A stretch of 64,000 bases of DNA from an uncultured virus (IMG/VR IMGVR_UViG_3300012953_000018) (taxonomy: Duplodnaviria > Heunggongvirae > Uroviricota > Caudoviricetes), in the IMG/VR virus record IMGVR_UViG_3300012953_000018. One strand, written 5' to 3'. Both the position numbers and the translations under genes were made by a program. The notes beneath the pieces are model-generated. The model searched no databases and was not told where the DNA came from. It saw nothing but the letters and a program-made list of their open reading frames with translations. This document shows positions 1 to 9,342 of the stretch, one piece after another (positions within the stretch are counted from its first letter, which is position 1; the number at the start of each line of letters is the position of its first letter).

Positions 1-1
1 C

Positions 2-1300
2 AACAGAGTTCGAAAGCTTGACTACTCAATCCAACTATCCCAAATCTTTTATCAAAGGTTTTTGGAAAACGGAGAAATAACATTATTCTCACCACATGAG
101 GTGCCTGGCTTGTATGAAGCATTCGGTACACCTGAGTTTGATGAAATGTATGAGAAGTATGAGAGAGCAACTTCTGTACCCAAAACAAAAGTCAGTGCAA
201 GAGAACTGATTACAGATTTACTAAAAGAACGAGCAGAGACTGGTCGTATCTACATTATGAACATAGACCATAGTAATACGCATAGTTCATTTAAAGACAA
301 GGTGAACATGAGTAATCTATGTCAAGAGATTACATTACCAACAGACCCTATTGACCACATAGATGGTGAAGGTGAGATTGCATTGTGTATTTTAAGTGCA
401 ATCAATGTAGGTATTGTAAAAGAAGAAGAAATGGAATCACTTTGTGATTTAGCAGTGAGAGGACTTGAAGAACTGATAGATTTTCAAGAGTATCCAGTTA
501 AAGCTGCAGAGGTATCTACACTATCAAGAAGAAGTCTTGGTATTGGATACATTGGACTGGCACATTATCTAGCAAAGAATAAGGTCAAATATGATGACCC
601 CAAAGCTTTGGAACTGGTACATGACTTGACAGAGCGATTCCAATTCTATCTTCTATCTGCATCAGCTAACATTGCAGAAGAGAAAGGTGCATGTGCGTAC
701 TTTGATAGAACAAAATATGCAGATGGTATATTACCTATTGATACATACAAAAAGTCCGTTGACGAACTTGTTAAACCGAAGTATAATATGGACTGGGAAG
801 GTCTAAGGAAAAGGATTAAGGAGAATGGTCTAAGACATTCTACTTTGACTGCACAGATGCCGTCAGAGAGTTCTAGCGTGGTCTCTAATGCAACAAATGG
901 TATTGAACCACCAAGAGACTATATGAGTGTCAAGAAGAGTAAGAAAGGAACACTGAAACAAGTTGTACCACAATATACTTTATTGAAGAACGCCTATACC
1001 CTACTATGGGATATGCCAAGTAACGAAGGTTATATCAATGTGGTTGCAATCATGCAGAAGTTCTTTGACCAAGCAATCAGTGGTAACTGGTCATATAATC
1101 CTGAATTGTTTGAGAACAACGAGGTTCCAGTATCAGTAATGGCAAAAGATTTATTAACAACATATAAGTACGGTTGGAAAACATCCTACTACCACAATAC
1201 CATGGATGGTAAAGTAGAAGATGTAGTAGAAATAGAACCAGCTGTCAATGATGACCCGTTTGAGGGTGGTGAGGAAGATTGCGATGCCTGTGCAATTTGA
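2..1300 (+). CDS. nrdA: Class Ia ribonucleotide reductase alpha subunit (5' part lies before the window)
   Basis: Frame open from base 2 (NRVRKLDYSIQ...); SNLCQEI catalytic motif, TAQMPSESSS, KTSYY, C-terminal CDAC; no intein or intron visible. Confidence 0.98.
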   Translation, partial: NRVRKLDYSIQLSQIFYQRFLENGEITLFSPHEVPGLYEAFGTPEFDEMYEKYERATSVPKTKVSARELITDLLKERAETGRIYIMNIDHSNTHSSFKDKVNMSNLCQEITLPTDPIDHIDGEGEIALCILSAINVGIVKEEEMESLCDLAVRGLEELIDFQEYPVKAAEVSTLSRRSLGIGYIGLAHYLAKNKVKYDDPKALELVHDLTERFQFYLLSASANIAEEKGACAYFDRTKYADGILPIDTYKKSVDELVKPKYNMDWEGLRKRIKENGLRHSTLTAQMPSESSSVVSNATNGIEPPRDYMSVKKSKKGTLKQVVPQYTLLKNAYTLLWDMPSNEGYINVVAIMQKFFDQAISGNWSYNPELFENNEVPVSVMAKDLLTTYKYGWKTSYYHNTMDGKVEDVVEIEPAVNDDPFEGGEEDCDACAI

Positions 1301-2336
1301 TGATAGAACTATAGAATACATTGTAAAGGATGCAACAATAGGTGATAAGGGTCTAGGTGGTAGGACTAATCCTAAGACATGGCATCTATGGAAAGAGGGA
1401 TATGTAGTTCTTAAGAACTTTATACCCAAAGAAATCATCAATCTAACTCTAGATGCATGGAAGACCATGGAGTTAGACCCTGATTCATATGGTCAGAAGA
1501 TTAGTAGGGAACAAGATATTATACATAATTCTCCCGAAGATTCTTTGAACAAGTCTACGGCGATGTATAATGCACCGTTTGGTGTTGCATTACATAGATG
1601 GGTATGGGAAAAACTCAAACACCATATTGATATGGATTTACAAGAGACATATTCATACTCAAGGAGATATGAAAGAGGTGCATATCTAAAAGCTCATGCA
1701 GATAGACCATCATGTGAGATTAGTGCAACTCTATGTTTAGATTATGATACAGATGATAATACACCATGGTCTATATGGGTAGATAATAGTTTAGACTATA
1801 TCAACAGACCTAACGAGATATTTGATGAGACTCAAGCAGTTCCTATCAGAAAAAGAAAGACCTCTAGAAAGATTGATCTAGAAGTTGGTGACCTATTATT
1901 GTATCAAGGGCCAAATGTTGCACACTGGAGAGAGTATCTACTAGGTGATAATAGTTATCACATATTTTTACACTTCCTAAACTATAATGGGAAGGTAAAT
2001 TCATTACCACATGTTGCAGATATTGTCCGTGATAATCTACATGATGTTGCAGAGAGAGAAAGTGGACTATACAATCCATGTTTATTTGATGGGAGAGAGA
2101 GTAGATATCATCCTATAGATAATGCAAGTCCATACAGACAAGCATTTAATGAGTTTACAGATGTTGTCTGGCATAACAATGAACTATGGATGCAGATTAA
2201 TAAGTCAGATTACATAAATGACTTTTCAAACTTCGTACAGATAAAAGATGGTAAAGAAGTCCCTGATAAAGGTAATTTTAAGTTTAAGTATAAAGAGTAT
2301 AAAGAGAACAGTAGAAAGGTGAAACACAACACATGA
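1284..2336 (+). CDS. 2OG-Fe(II) oxygenase (PKHD-type hydroxylase-like), inserted between nrdA and nrdB
   Basis: LKAHADRPSCEISATL (HxD), GDLLLYQG..HWRE; start moved to ATG 1284 from track start 1248. Confidence 0.85.
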   Translation: MPVQFDDRTIEYIVKDATIGDKGLGGRTNPKTWHLWKEGYVVLKNFIPKEIINLTLDAWKTMELDPDSYGQKISREQDIIHNSPEDSLNKSTAMYNAPFGVALHRWVWEKLKHHIDMDLQETYSYSRRYERGAYLKAHADRPSCEISATLCLDYDTDDNTPWSIWVDNSLDYINRPNEIFDETQAVPIRKRKTSRKIDLEVGDLLLYQGPNVAHWREYLLGDNSYHIFLHFLNYNGKVNSLPHVADIVRDNLHDVAERESGLYNPCLFDGRESRYHPIDNASPYRQAFNEFTDVVWHNNELWMQINKSDYINDFSNFVQIKDGKEVPDKGNFKFKYKEYKENSRKVKHNT

Positions 2337-3430
2337 CAGTATTCAATAAAAAACAAGTAGATTTTACAAAAGAAAAGCCTTTCTTTGGTGAAGAACTAAA
2401 TGTACAGAGATTCGATGACTTTAAGTATCCTATCTTTGACAAATTAACACAGAAACAATTAGGTTTCTTTTGGAGACCCGAAGAGGTATCTCTACAGAAA
2501 GATAGAGCAGACTATCAACAATTAAACAAAGCACAAAGACATATATTCACATCTAATTTGAGGTATCAAACCCTTTTAGACTCAGTTCAGGGTAGAGCTC
2601 CATCCATAGCATTTCTACCATTTGTGACTCTCCCTGAACTTGAGTCTTGCATTATCACTTGGGACTTTATGGAGACCATACACAGTAGGTCTTATACACA
2701 TATCATTAAGAATGTGTATGCAGACCCAAGTGATATATTTGATACCATACTAGACGAAGAAGCAATCGTCAAGAGAGCAGAAATGGTTACAGAAAAGTAC
2801 GACCATTTCATTGAGTTAGGAAGACGAAGACTATTAGGTCTTAAAGTAGATGATTACGAACTATATAAAGCATTATACCTTGCAATCATATCAGTAAACA
2901 TACTAGAAGGTATTAGATTCTTTGTATCTTTTGCATGCTCATTTGCATTCGGTGAGTTAAAACTAATGGAAGGAAGTGCAAAGATACTATCGCTGATAGC
3001 GAGAGACGAGGCACAACATTTGGCAGTCTCACAACACATCCTGAAAGTTTATCAGAAACATGAGAATGACCCTATCATGAATAAGGTCATGAAAGATTGT
3101 GAGAAAGAAGTATATGAAATGTATGAAGATGCAGTTGTCCAAGAGAAAGAATGGGCTGACTTCTTATTTAAAGATGGTTCTATGATAGGACTATCTGTAC
3201 CACTGTTAAGTAATTACATTGAGTACATTGCAAACAAAAGATTACGAATGATTGGGTTGAATCCAATATATGATATATCCAGTGCAAATAACCCTTTGCC
3301 ATGGACTAGACATTGGTTTAACTCAAGAGGTCTACAGAATGCACCACAGGAGACCGAGATAGAGTCGTATGTTATTGGTGGAATAAAACAAGATGTCACA
3401 GATGACACATTTACGGATTTTAAATTATGA
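2333..3430 (+). CDS. nrdB: Ribonucleotide reductase beta subunit
   Basis: FFWRPEEV, ETIHSRSY, EGIRFFVSF, RDEAQH, APQETEI. Confidence 0.98.
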   Translation: MTVFNKKQVDFTKEKPFFGEELNVQRFDDFKYPIFDKLTQKQLGFFWRPEEVSLQKDRADYQQLNKAQRHIFTSNLRYQTLLDSVQGRAPSIAFLPFVTLPELESCIITWDFMETIHSRSYTHIIKNVYADPSDIFDTILDEEAIVKRAEMVTEKYDHFIELGRRRLLGLKVDDYELYKALYLAIISVNILEGIRFFVSFACSFAFGELKLMEGSAKILSLIARDEAQHLAVSQHILKVYQKHENDPIMNKVMKDCEKEVYEMYEDAVVQEKEWADFLFKDGSMIGLSVPLLSNYIEYIANKRLRMIGLNPIYDISSANNPLPWTRHWFNSRGLQNAPQETEIESYVIGGIKQDVTDDTFTDFKL

Positions 3431-3639
3431 GAAAATGGCACGAAATATTATGGGGGTCAAAACAAGAGGATGAACTTTTAGAAAAGCAAGCTGAAAACCA
3501 TCCTGACCCTGATGATCTAACAATAGAGAATGCATATAAGACTAGATGGATATGGTATCATACCATTCTAGGCCTACTGATGTTCTTTGCAAACATCATT
3601 CTTATTGCAATCTTTTTATTACTTGCAATTAAACTTTAG
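3427..3639 (+). CDS. Small membrane protein, unknown function
   Basis: ATGA overlap with nrdB; C-terminal hydrophobic helix. Confidence 0.7.
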   Translation: MRKWHEILWGSKQEDELLEKQAENHPDPDDLTIENAYKTRWIWYHTILGLLMFFANIILIAIFLLLAIKL

Positions 3640-3644
3640 GAGAT

Positions 3645-4088
3645 ATGAAAGAGTTAGGATTAGTATTATTCGGATGCTTTATATTTGCTGGATTCTTTTC
3701 GGGTGTTATATACCCAAGTCTAGAATATAAAGGTTATCCAAGTACGAGTTCATGTACAGGTGAATGTTATGAAGAATATGTCAGAGTACATGGTACAGTA
3801 GTAGAACAATTACAAAGACAACAAGCTGCAAATGCTGAAGACCCATTTAGTTCAATCAAAGGACTATGGGGTGGATGTGCAGCCTGTCATGGTAATGAAG
3901 GTCAAGGTATGGGAATGTTCCCAAAACTTGCAGGGCAATCGTCTGATTACATAAGTAATAGACTAATTGCATATAAGAATAGAGAGACAGTGGGTAATAT
4001 GTCATCTACAATGTGGGCTCAAGCAGGAATGTTGAGTGACCAAGACATAGAGACACTATCTCAATTTATCGAGGAGACGATGAAATGA
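3645..4088 (+). CDS. Membrane-anchored class I c-type cytochrome (c553/c4-like)
   Basis: N-terminal hydrophobic segment, CAACH heme motif, FPKLAGQ, distal Met region STMWAQA, LSDQDIETLSQFI helix; SD AGGAG. Confidence 0.9.
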   Translation: MKELGLVLFGCFIFAGFFSGVIYPSLEYKGYPSTSSCTGECYEEYVRVHGTVVEQLQRQQAANAEDPFSSIKGLWGGCAACHGNEGQGMGMFPKLAGQSSDYISNRLIAYKNRETVGNMSSTMWAQAGMLSDQDIETLSQFIEETMK

Positions 4089-4318
4089 TTGAAATATGGA
4101 GTAAACCAGCATGTCCTTATTGTGTTCGAGCAAAGAATTTGTGCGAACAACAAGGATACGAATACAAATACTACATGTTAGATGAAGACTTCACTAGAGA
4201 GGAACTATTTGAAAAGTTCCCGTCTGCTAGAACATTTCCACAAATCACTGCACATGGTGAATACTTGGGTGGATACACAGAGTTCTCGCAATGGAGTGAA
4301 GGATTACGAAGGGTGTGA
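4085..4318 (+). CDS. nrdC: Glutaredoxin
   Basis: CPYC active site, RTFPQI, GGYTE. Confidence 0.95.
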   Translation: MIEIWSKPACPYCVRAKNLCEQQGYEYKYYMLDEDFTREELFEKFPSARTFPQITAHGEYLGGYTEFSQWSEGLRRV

Positions 4319-4563
4319 AGTCCTTTAAGCTCTACCTACCTAACCCAAGATATACAAAGTATGATGTGGACTGTCTGAGGATGGAACACATCTTCAAGTC
4401 TATCGACAATGTAAACAACGAGGTTAGAATATATGTCGAAGGTCAGGATTTCCATACGCCTGATGCAAAACATCCTCTTCCTTATGCTACGATAGACGGG
4501 AAGAAGAAGAGTATGGAAAATCTATTCAAGGAAGCTATAGGAGAGAAGAAGCTGTATGAGTGA
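4315..4563 (+). CDS. Hypothetical protein
   Basis: GTGA overlap with glutaredoxin stop. Confidence 0.65.
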   Translation: MKSFKLYLPNPRYTKYDVDCLRMEHIFKSIDNVNNEVRIYVEGQDFHTPDAKHPLPYATIDGKKKSMENLFKEAIGEKKLYE

Positions 4564-4729
4564 CACTAAAATGTACAAGTTATATTGTCAAGAGTGTAAA
4601 TCTGAATGTGAAATAGGACACGAAATGGATGAACATCATTATCCTATTCAACATTGTCCTTTTTGTGGTGCAGAAATCGATACGGATAGTATCGAAGAAC
4701 TAGATTATGAAGATGGAGATATACTGTAA
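4556..4729 (+). CDS. Small zinc-ribbon protein (57 aa, not in ORF track)
   Basis: Hand translation MSDTKMYKLYCQECKSEC...HCPFCGAEID..; CxxC...CPFC. Confidence 0.7.
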   Translation: MSDTKMYKLYCQECKSECEIGHEMDEHHYPIQHCPFCGAEIDTDSIEELDYEDGDIL

Positions 4730-5015
4730 ACAAAAGAGACTACTAGAACTTGCAGTAATGCATTCTAAGGCACTTAGCGTCGATTCTAAGGACGCTGTAA
4801 TACATATCAAACGATTACCACCCCAATTCACACAAAAAGGTCTTATAGAGTATCCTAGGACACTAGGAAAACGGACATATATTGACCTATTCATCAAAAT
4901 GGACGAAGAGAAAGAGATTACTCTTGCACATGAAATGATGCATGTAAAACAGGTACTTACAGACGGCGTAATTGACGAAAATGAGGCATATTTGTACGAA
5001 AAAACGGCCATATAG
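4707..5015 (+). CDS. Small HExxH metallopeptidase-like protein
   Basis: TLAHEMMHVKQ followed by ENEAY. Confidence 0.7.
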   Translation: MKMEIYCKQKRLLELAVMHSKALSVDSKDAVIHIKRLPPQFTQKGLIEYPRTLGKRTYIDLFIKMDEEKEITLAHEMMHVKQVLTDGVIDENEAYLYEKTAI

Positions 5016-5018
5016 GCC

Positions 5019-5048
5019 TTGACAATTGCCCCCGCTTTGTACTATAAT
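5019..5048 (+). promoter_or_regulatory. sigma70-like early promoter
   Basis: GGCC-TTGACA-18 nt-TATAAT; same motif recurs through the window. Confidence 0.85.
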
Positions 5049-5054
5049 ATACAC

Positions 5055-5567
5055 ATGAATGAGAAAAGTAAAAGCAATATAAAGTACATCTTCGTTGATA
5101 TGGACGGAGTTCTTGCTGACTTCCTAAAAGGTTGTGAAGCATATATCGGTCATCCGATAACAAATGATGATAAAGGTCATACACAATATGATCTAAGAAA
5201 AGAGGAACTAACAAACAAAAGGTTGTTTGCAAATCTTCCACCAATGGTTGACATGTATGACTTGATTGCATACATCAAACACACTGAATGTAAGTGGGAG
5301 ATATTGACTGCAGCTGGTGTAGTCAACAGAGAATTGGTTGTTTACGACAAAGTAAAATGGGTTGAGAAATATGTTGACCCTAAAGTGGTTGTGAACTGTA
5401 CATTCACTGGTAGTCAGAAAGCTGCATATGCCATGAAGAAGAATGTTCTGATTGACGATAGAAAGAAGAACATAGAAGCATGGGAAGCTGCTGGTGGGAT
5501 TGGAATCTTACACACTTCTGCTGCTGACACTATCGAACAACTTAAAAAGTTAAGAAAGAACGGATAG
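5055..5567 (+). CDS. HAD-family 5'(3')-deoxyribonucleotidase
   Basis: FVDMDGVLADF, ILTA, VLIDDRKKNIEAWEAAGGIGILH; start set at ATG 5055, 6 nt after the -10 box. Confidence 0.88.
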   Translation: MNEKSKSNIKYIFVDMDGVLADFLKGCEAYIGHPITNDDKGHTQYDLRKEELTNKRLFANLPPMVDMYDLIAYIKHTECKWEILTAAGVVNRELVVYDKVKWVEKYVDPKVVVNCTFTGSQKAAYAMKKNVLIDDRKKNIEAWEAAGGIGILHTSAADTIEQLKKLRKNG

Positions 5568-5572
5568 AGAAC

Positions 5573-5693
5573 CGAGGGGTCGTCACCCTCTCCCGTAAAC
5601 GGGCTACAATAACAGATAACGACTGTGAGTAGGAAGACTCTAGACTAGAGACCCCTCGACACTGCTGAAGAGTAATGTATGAAGAGGGGTTTT
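5573..5693 (+). ncRNA. Candidate structured intergenic RNA / attenuator
   Basis: CGAGGGGTC 5573-5581 pairs with GACCCCTCG 5650-5658 and encloses three hairpins; alternative ACCCCTC/GAGGGGT stem followed by Ts. Confidence 0.45.
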
Positions 5694-5713
5694 GTTATAC
5701 ACTAAATAAATAT

Positions 5714-5968
5714 ATGAAGAAATTCTTTGTTAAAGTTTGGGAGATTATCAAGAAAATTTGTTCTTGGTTTTACTCTTTGTTCACTACAAGATACAATATC
5801 GTTGTGTCTTATGATAGTGAATGGGGTAACAATGACGATCAAACATTTAACAATGTTAGAAGTATTTCTAAACAAACTCAGAATGAACTCAAGTTCATAG
5901 ATGAGAATAAAAGTCCAGTTGTCATACGGAGTGCAGCTGGTCTGAATTATAAAATAGAGGAAGTATAA
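5714..5968 (+). CDS. Hypothetical protein
   Basis: ATG 5 nt after late-type box ACTAAATA (5701-5708); TAATG coupling to ACP. Confidence 0.7.
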   Translation: MKKFFVKVWEIIKKICSWFYSLFTTRYNIVVSYDSEWGNNDDQTFNNVRSISKQTQNELKFIDENKSPVVIRSAAGLNYKIEEV

Positions 5969-6186
5969 TGTCAGTAGAAAAAATAATTGCAGACCATCTA
6001 AAGGTTGATATATCAGAAGTCACAGATGATAAACATATCATTGATGACTTGGGTGGTGATTCATTACACACTGTAGAATTAGTTCTAGAGTTTGAAACAG
6101 AATATGGTATATCGATTCCTGATGAGGATGCAGAAGAGTTAGTCACCGTAGGTGCAATCAAACAATATATTTCGGAGAATGCATAA
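5968..6186 (+). CDS. acpP: Acyl carrier protein
   Basis: DDLGGDSLHTVELV (DSL phosphopantetheine Ser), ISIPDEDAEELVTV. Confidence 0.9.
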   Translation: MSVEKIIADHLKVDISEVTDDKHIIDDLGGDSLHTVELVLEFETEYGISIPDEDAEELVTVGAIKQYISENA

Positions 6187-6569
6187 TGCAACAATTCTTT
6201 ATTGCAATCATTCTAGTTTTAGGTCTCAGTACCTATTGGTTATACACCACTAATCAAACTCTTGCAGAGAACAACATGAAGTTAGAAGCTGCAGTAGAGG
6301 AACAGAAACAAGCAATGGAAGCTCTTCGAGAGTCTTACGAGAAACAAGGTAAAGCACTCATGAACATGAGTAGAAAGAATGCAGAGATAGAAGCAGAGAA
6401 AGCTGAATATCTTGCAATCTTTAGTAGACATAATTTAGATATGCTTGCATTGAAGAAACCTGGCCTTATCACAAATAGGTTTAACAATGGAAGTGAACAA
6501 GTAATGGAGACGATGGAAAATGATACAGAAGAACTTTATAATCTTACTGTCCCTGATGATAGTGATTAG
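6186..6569 (+). CDS. Putative inner-membrane spanin (Rz-like)
   Basis: N-terminal TM helix then coiled coil; overlaps a downstream lipoprotein gene. Confidence 0.65.
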   Translation: MQQFFIAIILVLGLSTYWLYTTNQTLAENNMKLEAAVEEQKQAMEALRESYEKQGKALMNMSRKNAEIEAEKAEYLAIFSRHNLDMLALKKPGLITNRFNNGSEQVMETMENDTEELYNLTVPDDSD

Positions 6570-7038
6570 TGGTTGCTCAGCTTTTGGTGCAAGAAAGATA
6601 GAGACAGTCTCAAAACCTATTGAGATTGATATCATGCAACCTGATTTACCTCGACCATTACAATTGACAGCACCTGAATGGTGGGTTGTATCAGATGCAG
6701 TGATTACTAATCCATGCAGAAAAGTATTTGACGAAGAGAAACAGAAAGAAGTCAGACCTAAAGCATGTGCAAAAGAGGATACAGAGAATCCTGAATGGCC
6801 AGAGGGTTATACATATCTAGATAGGTTCCTTGATGAAATGAAGGAACAGAACAATGGTGAAGTCTTATTTGTTGCAACCACAATAGGTGACTACAAAGTC
6901 ATGGCAGAGGACATGCAAGAATTGAGACGATACATAAAACAAATGGGTGAAGTAATAATATATTATAGGAATGTGACAATCAAAGGTGAGCCTGGGGTTG
7001 GAGCTGCAGTGAAAAAGAATGAGACCACCAAAGATTGA
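6520..7038 (+). CDS. Putative outer-membrane spanin lipoprotein (Rz1-like)
   Basis: Signal peptide with lipobox ISGC, Pro-rich stretch PDLPRPLQL, overlap with i-spanin. Confidence 0.65.
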   Translation: MIQKNFIILLSLMIVISGCSAFGARKIETVSKPIEIDIMQPDLPRPLQLTAPEWWVVSDAVITNPCRKVFDEEKQKEVRPKACAKEDTENPEWPEGYTYLDRFLDEMKEQNNGEVLFVATTIGDYKVMAEDMQELRRYIKQMGEVIIYYRNVTIKGEPGVGAAVKKNETTKD

Positions 7039-7759
7039 TGGAAGTGTAGCGTATTCACCTATACCCCATGACATAAATCAAATCTTTCCCACTCCCTTAC
7101 TCAGGGGTGGAATCAATTTACCTCACGATACAGTTGCAAATAGCTGTAGAAACCTAATTGAGGACATAAAGAAATTCGAGTCTGACCCTAGACGATACTA
7201 CACAACATATTTCTTTGAGGAACAAAGAGAACTCATGCATAGAATGCCATGGTATGAGTCATTTGCAAATCAAATCAAAGACACTTACATAGACTATATC
7301 AGAAGTCAATTCAATAGGAAGGTCGGTCACTTGACTAGACACGACATACATCTATTCTCATGGGCAAGTGTTTGGGAAGATGGTATTGTGCATAGTTATC
7401 ATAATCATCAAGACTCATATGTCAGTGGGACATACTATCCAGTCAATGAGGGTGGACAAGGAATACAATTTATGAGTCCACATATACAATCACAGTTTAT
7501 ACATTCTATTGGGCCAGATGAAATACCAACAGAACATCCTAACACAATTGCAAAGGGTACAGAGGGTAGTCATATGGAGTTAATAGTTAAACCTATCTCA
7601 GGGGAGACATTGATGTGGCCATCTAACATATTACATACGGTAACAGAACAAAGTGGTGAGTACGATAGAGTTGCAATATCATTCAATCTAAAACACAACG
7701 ACCCTATCACAGATACAGAACACGGAACGGAGATGAGTTATGAATTTCTACAGTATTGA
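7019..7759 (+). CDS. 2OG-Fe(II) oxygenase
   Basis: HNHQDSYVSGTYY, WPSNILHTV, RVAISFN. Confidence 0.85.
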   Translation: MRPPKIDGSVAYSPIPHDINQIFPTPLLRGGINLPHDTVANSCRNLIEDIKKFESDPRRYYTTYFFEEQRELMHRMPWYESFANQIKDTYIDYIRSQFNRKVGHLTRHDIHLFSWASVWEDGIVHSYHNHQDSYVSGTYYPVNEGGQGIQFMSPHIQSQFIHSIGPDEIPTEHPNTIAKGTEGSHMELIVKPISGETLMWPSNILHTVTEQSGEYDRVAISFNLKHNDPITDTEHGTEMSYEFLQY

Positions 7760-8423
7760 TACTCTATTCAGACAATCAGCTGACTGGGATGTGCAGTGGG
7801 ATGAAAAACTAGAATGTTTCATCATCGATAATTTCTACGAGAATCCCGAAGACATATACGAACACTTCAATAAGAGAGATGTACCTCTATGGAAATACAA
7901 TGAAGAGAGAGATACACAAAATGGTATAGACTATATTGATGCACGAATTGTTGATAAAGTCGGTCATCCTACTAGATTGTGGAGAAACTCTATAGAAAGA
8001 ATACTCAGTGTATGCAGAACTAAATGGCATAAAGGGGATTATGATTTTAGAGACGATATAGAGGTGAACTGTTTCAAGACTGTAAATATCTTTGACCAAA
8101 AACAACAACACTATCCACATATAGATGGTAACTTTGATGATCCAAATGAGCTGTCAGTTATCAACTGTTTGATATATCTTGATAAACAGGAAGATGGTGG
8201 TACTGCAGTATATGAGAATGCATGGTTAGAGAACATGGAACATATGGGTGTATTACAACCAGTAGAGGACATGATGGATTTAAAACATGTAATACCAGCC
8301 AAGTTCAATAGATGTGTTCTCTTTACAGGTAACAAAATGCATGGTGCATACATAAATGATTATAACAAGTATAAGGACGATTGGAGAATGTCTCAAGTAT
8401 TTTTCTTCTATCCAATAACATAA
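7740..8423 (+). CDS. 2OG-Fe(II) oxygenase-like protein
   Basis: IIDNFYENP, PHID, LIYL..GGTAVY, FNRCVLF..HGA, RMSQVFF. Confidence 0.8.
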   Translation: MNFYSIDTLFRQSADWDVQWDEKLECFIIDNFYENPEDIYEHFNKRDVPLWKYNEERDTQNGIDYIDARIVDKVGHPTRLWRNSIERILSVCRTKWHKGDYDFRDDIEVNCFKTVNIFDQKQQHYPHIDGNFDDPNELSVINCLIYLDKQEDGGTAVYENAWLENMEHMGVLQPVEDMMDLKHVIPAKFNRCVLFTGNKMHGAYINDYNKYKDDWRMSQVFFFYPIT

Positions 8424-9103
8424 TGCCTAAACAAAAGTCAGTCAAAGTAACATCAGACCAAGAGAAAGCTAATAGTAATAACTTCATTGTTGTACACGAT
8501 CAAGTATTACAACAGTGGGTTTGTGATGAACTCATAAAGGGATTTGACGCAATGCCCATCGTAGAGGTTGGAGAGACAGATACCCCTAATGATTATAAAC
8601 CTACAGACCCTAGTATGGAAAATCAGAACCATAGGTTTGAACTCCAAGGTAGAATACATGGTACTGTACAACCACATACACCACTATTTGAAAAGATATT
8701 TGACTTGATAACATTTGCATTACCAAAAGGATATGAGTTTGCAACAGTCAACTTTGTACAATTTATTAAGTATACTGAGGGTAGTCACTTCCCTTGGCAT
8801 CAAGACAAAACAGACCCAAATGATACAGGTACATCATTACTGTTTATGAATGACAATTTCATAGGTGGTCAACTAACTGTAGCTGGTCATAAATTCTGTA
8901 ATAAACAAGGGACTATCGTTGCATTTAATAATTCACAAAATGTCTGGCATTCTGTAGAACCCATATTACAGGGTACGAGATATGTACTTGCAATATGGTA
9001 TGGTAAACCAAACTTAGAGGATGATCTTTTTACAGATGCAGATGGAGAACCAAGACACCTATCTCAAGAGGAGATAAATAAATTAACTAACCTAGGAGAA
9101 TAA
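8423..9103 (+). CDS. 2OG-Fe(II) oxygenase (prolyl hydroxylase-like)
   Basis: KYTEGSHFPWHQD, NDNFIGGQL, WHSVEPILQGTRYVLAIW; start at TAATG overlap 8423. Confidence 0.85.
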   Translation: MPKQKSVKVTSDQEKANSNNFIVVHDQVLQQWVCDELIKGFDAMPIVEVGETDTPNDYKPTDPSMENQNHRFELQGRIHGTVQPHTPLFEKIFDLITFALPKGYEFATVNFVQFIKYTEGSHFPWHQDKTDPNDTGTSLLFMNDNFIGGQLTVAGHKFCNKQGTIVAFNNSQNVWHSVEPILQGTRYVLAIWYGKPNLEDDLFTDADGEPRHLSQEEINKLTNLGE

Positions 9104-9342
9104 TGCCAACGAAATACGGAAAAACTCAGAAAAGAGTAGACAGACAAACAAAGAAAGTAACTGTAGAACATGAATACATTAAATGTAAATCAACTGCAGA
9201 TTTAATTGAAGCGTATAATAAACCAGTTATACCTAAACTCAGACAAAAGGTCAAGAACGAGTTGGTAAGACGAAACAAGATAGGAAAGGCAAGGGTAGTA
9301 TTCAATGATATACCATCGACCAAAGATAGCATATCTACATAA
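9103..9342 (+). CDS. Small basic hypothetical protein
   Basis: SD AGGAG, TAATG coupling. Confidence 0.7.
   Translation: MPTKYGKTQKRVDRQTKKVTVEHEYIKCKSTADLIEAYNKPVIPKLRQKVKNELVRRNKIGKARVVFNDIPSTKDSIST

Noticed and set aside
1284..2336. Homing endonuclease or intron between or within nrdA and nrdB
   Set aside because: The insert has 2OG-Fe(II) oxygenase motifs, no HNH/GIY-YIG/LAGLIDADG, and both nrd frames are continuous in the window
5661..5690. Hammerhead ribozyme (CTGAAGAG)
   Set aside because: No stem II followed by GAAA and no stem III/UH site
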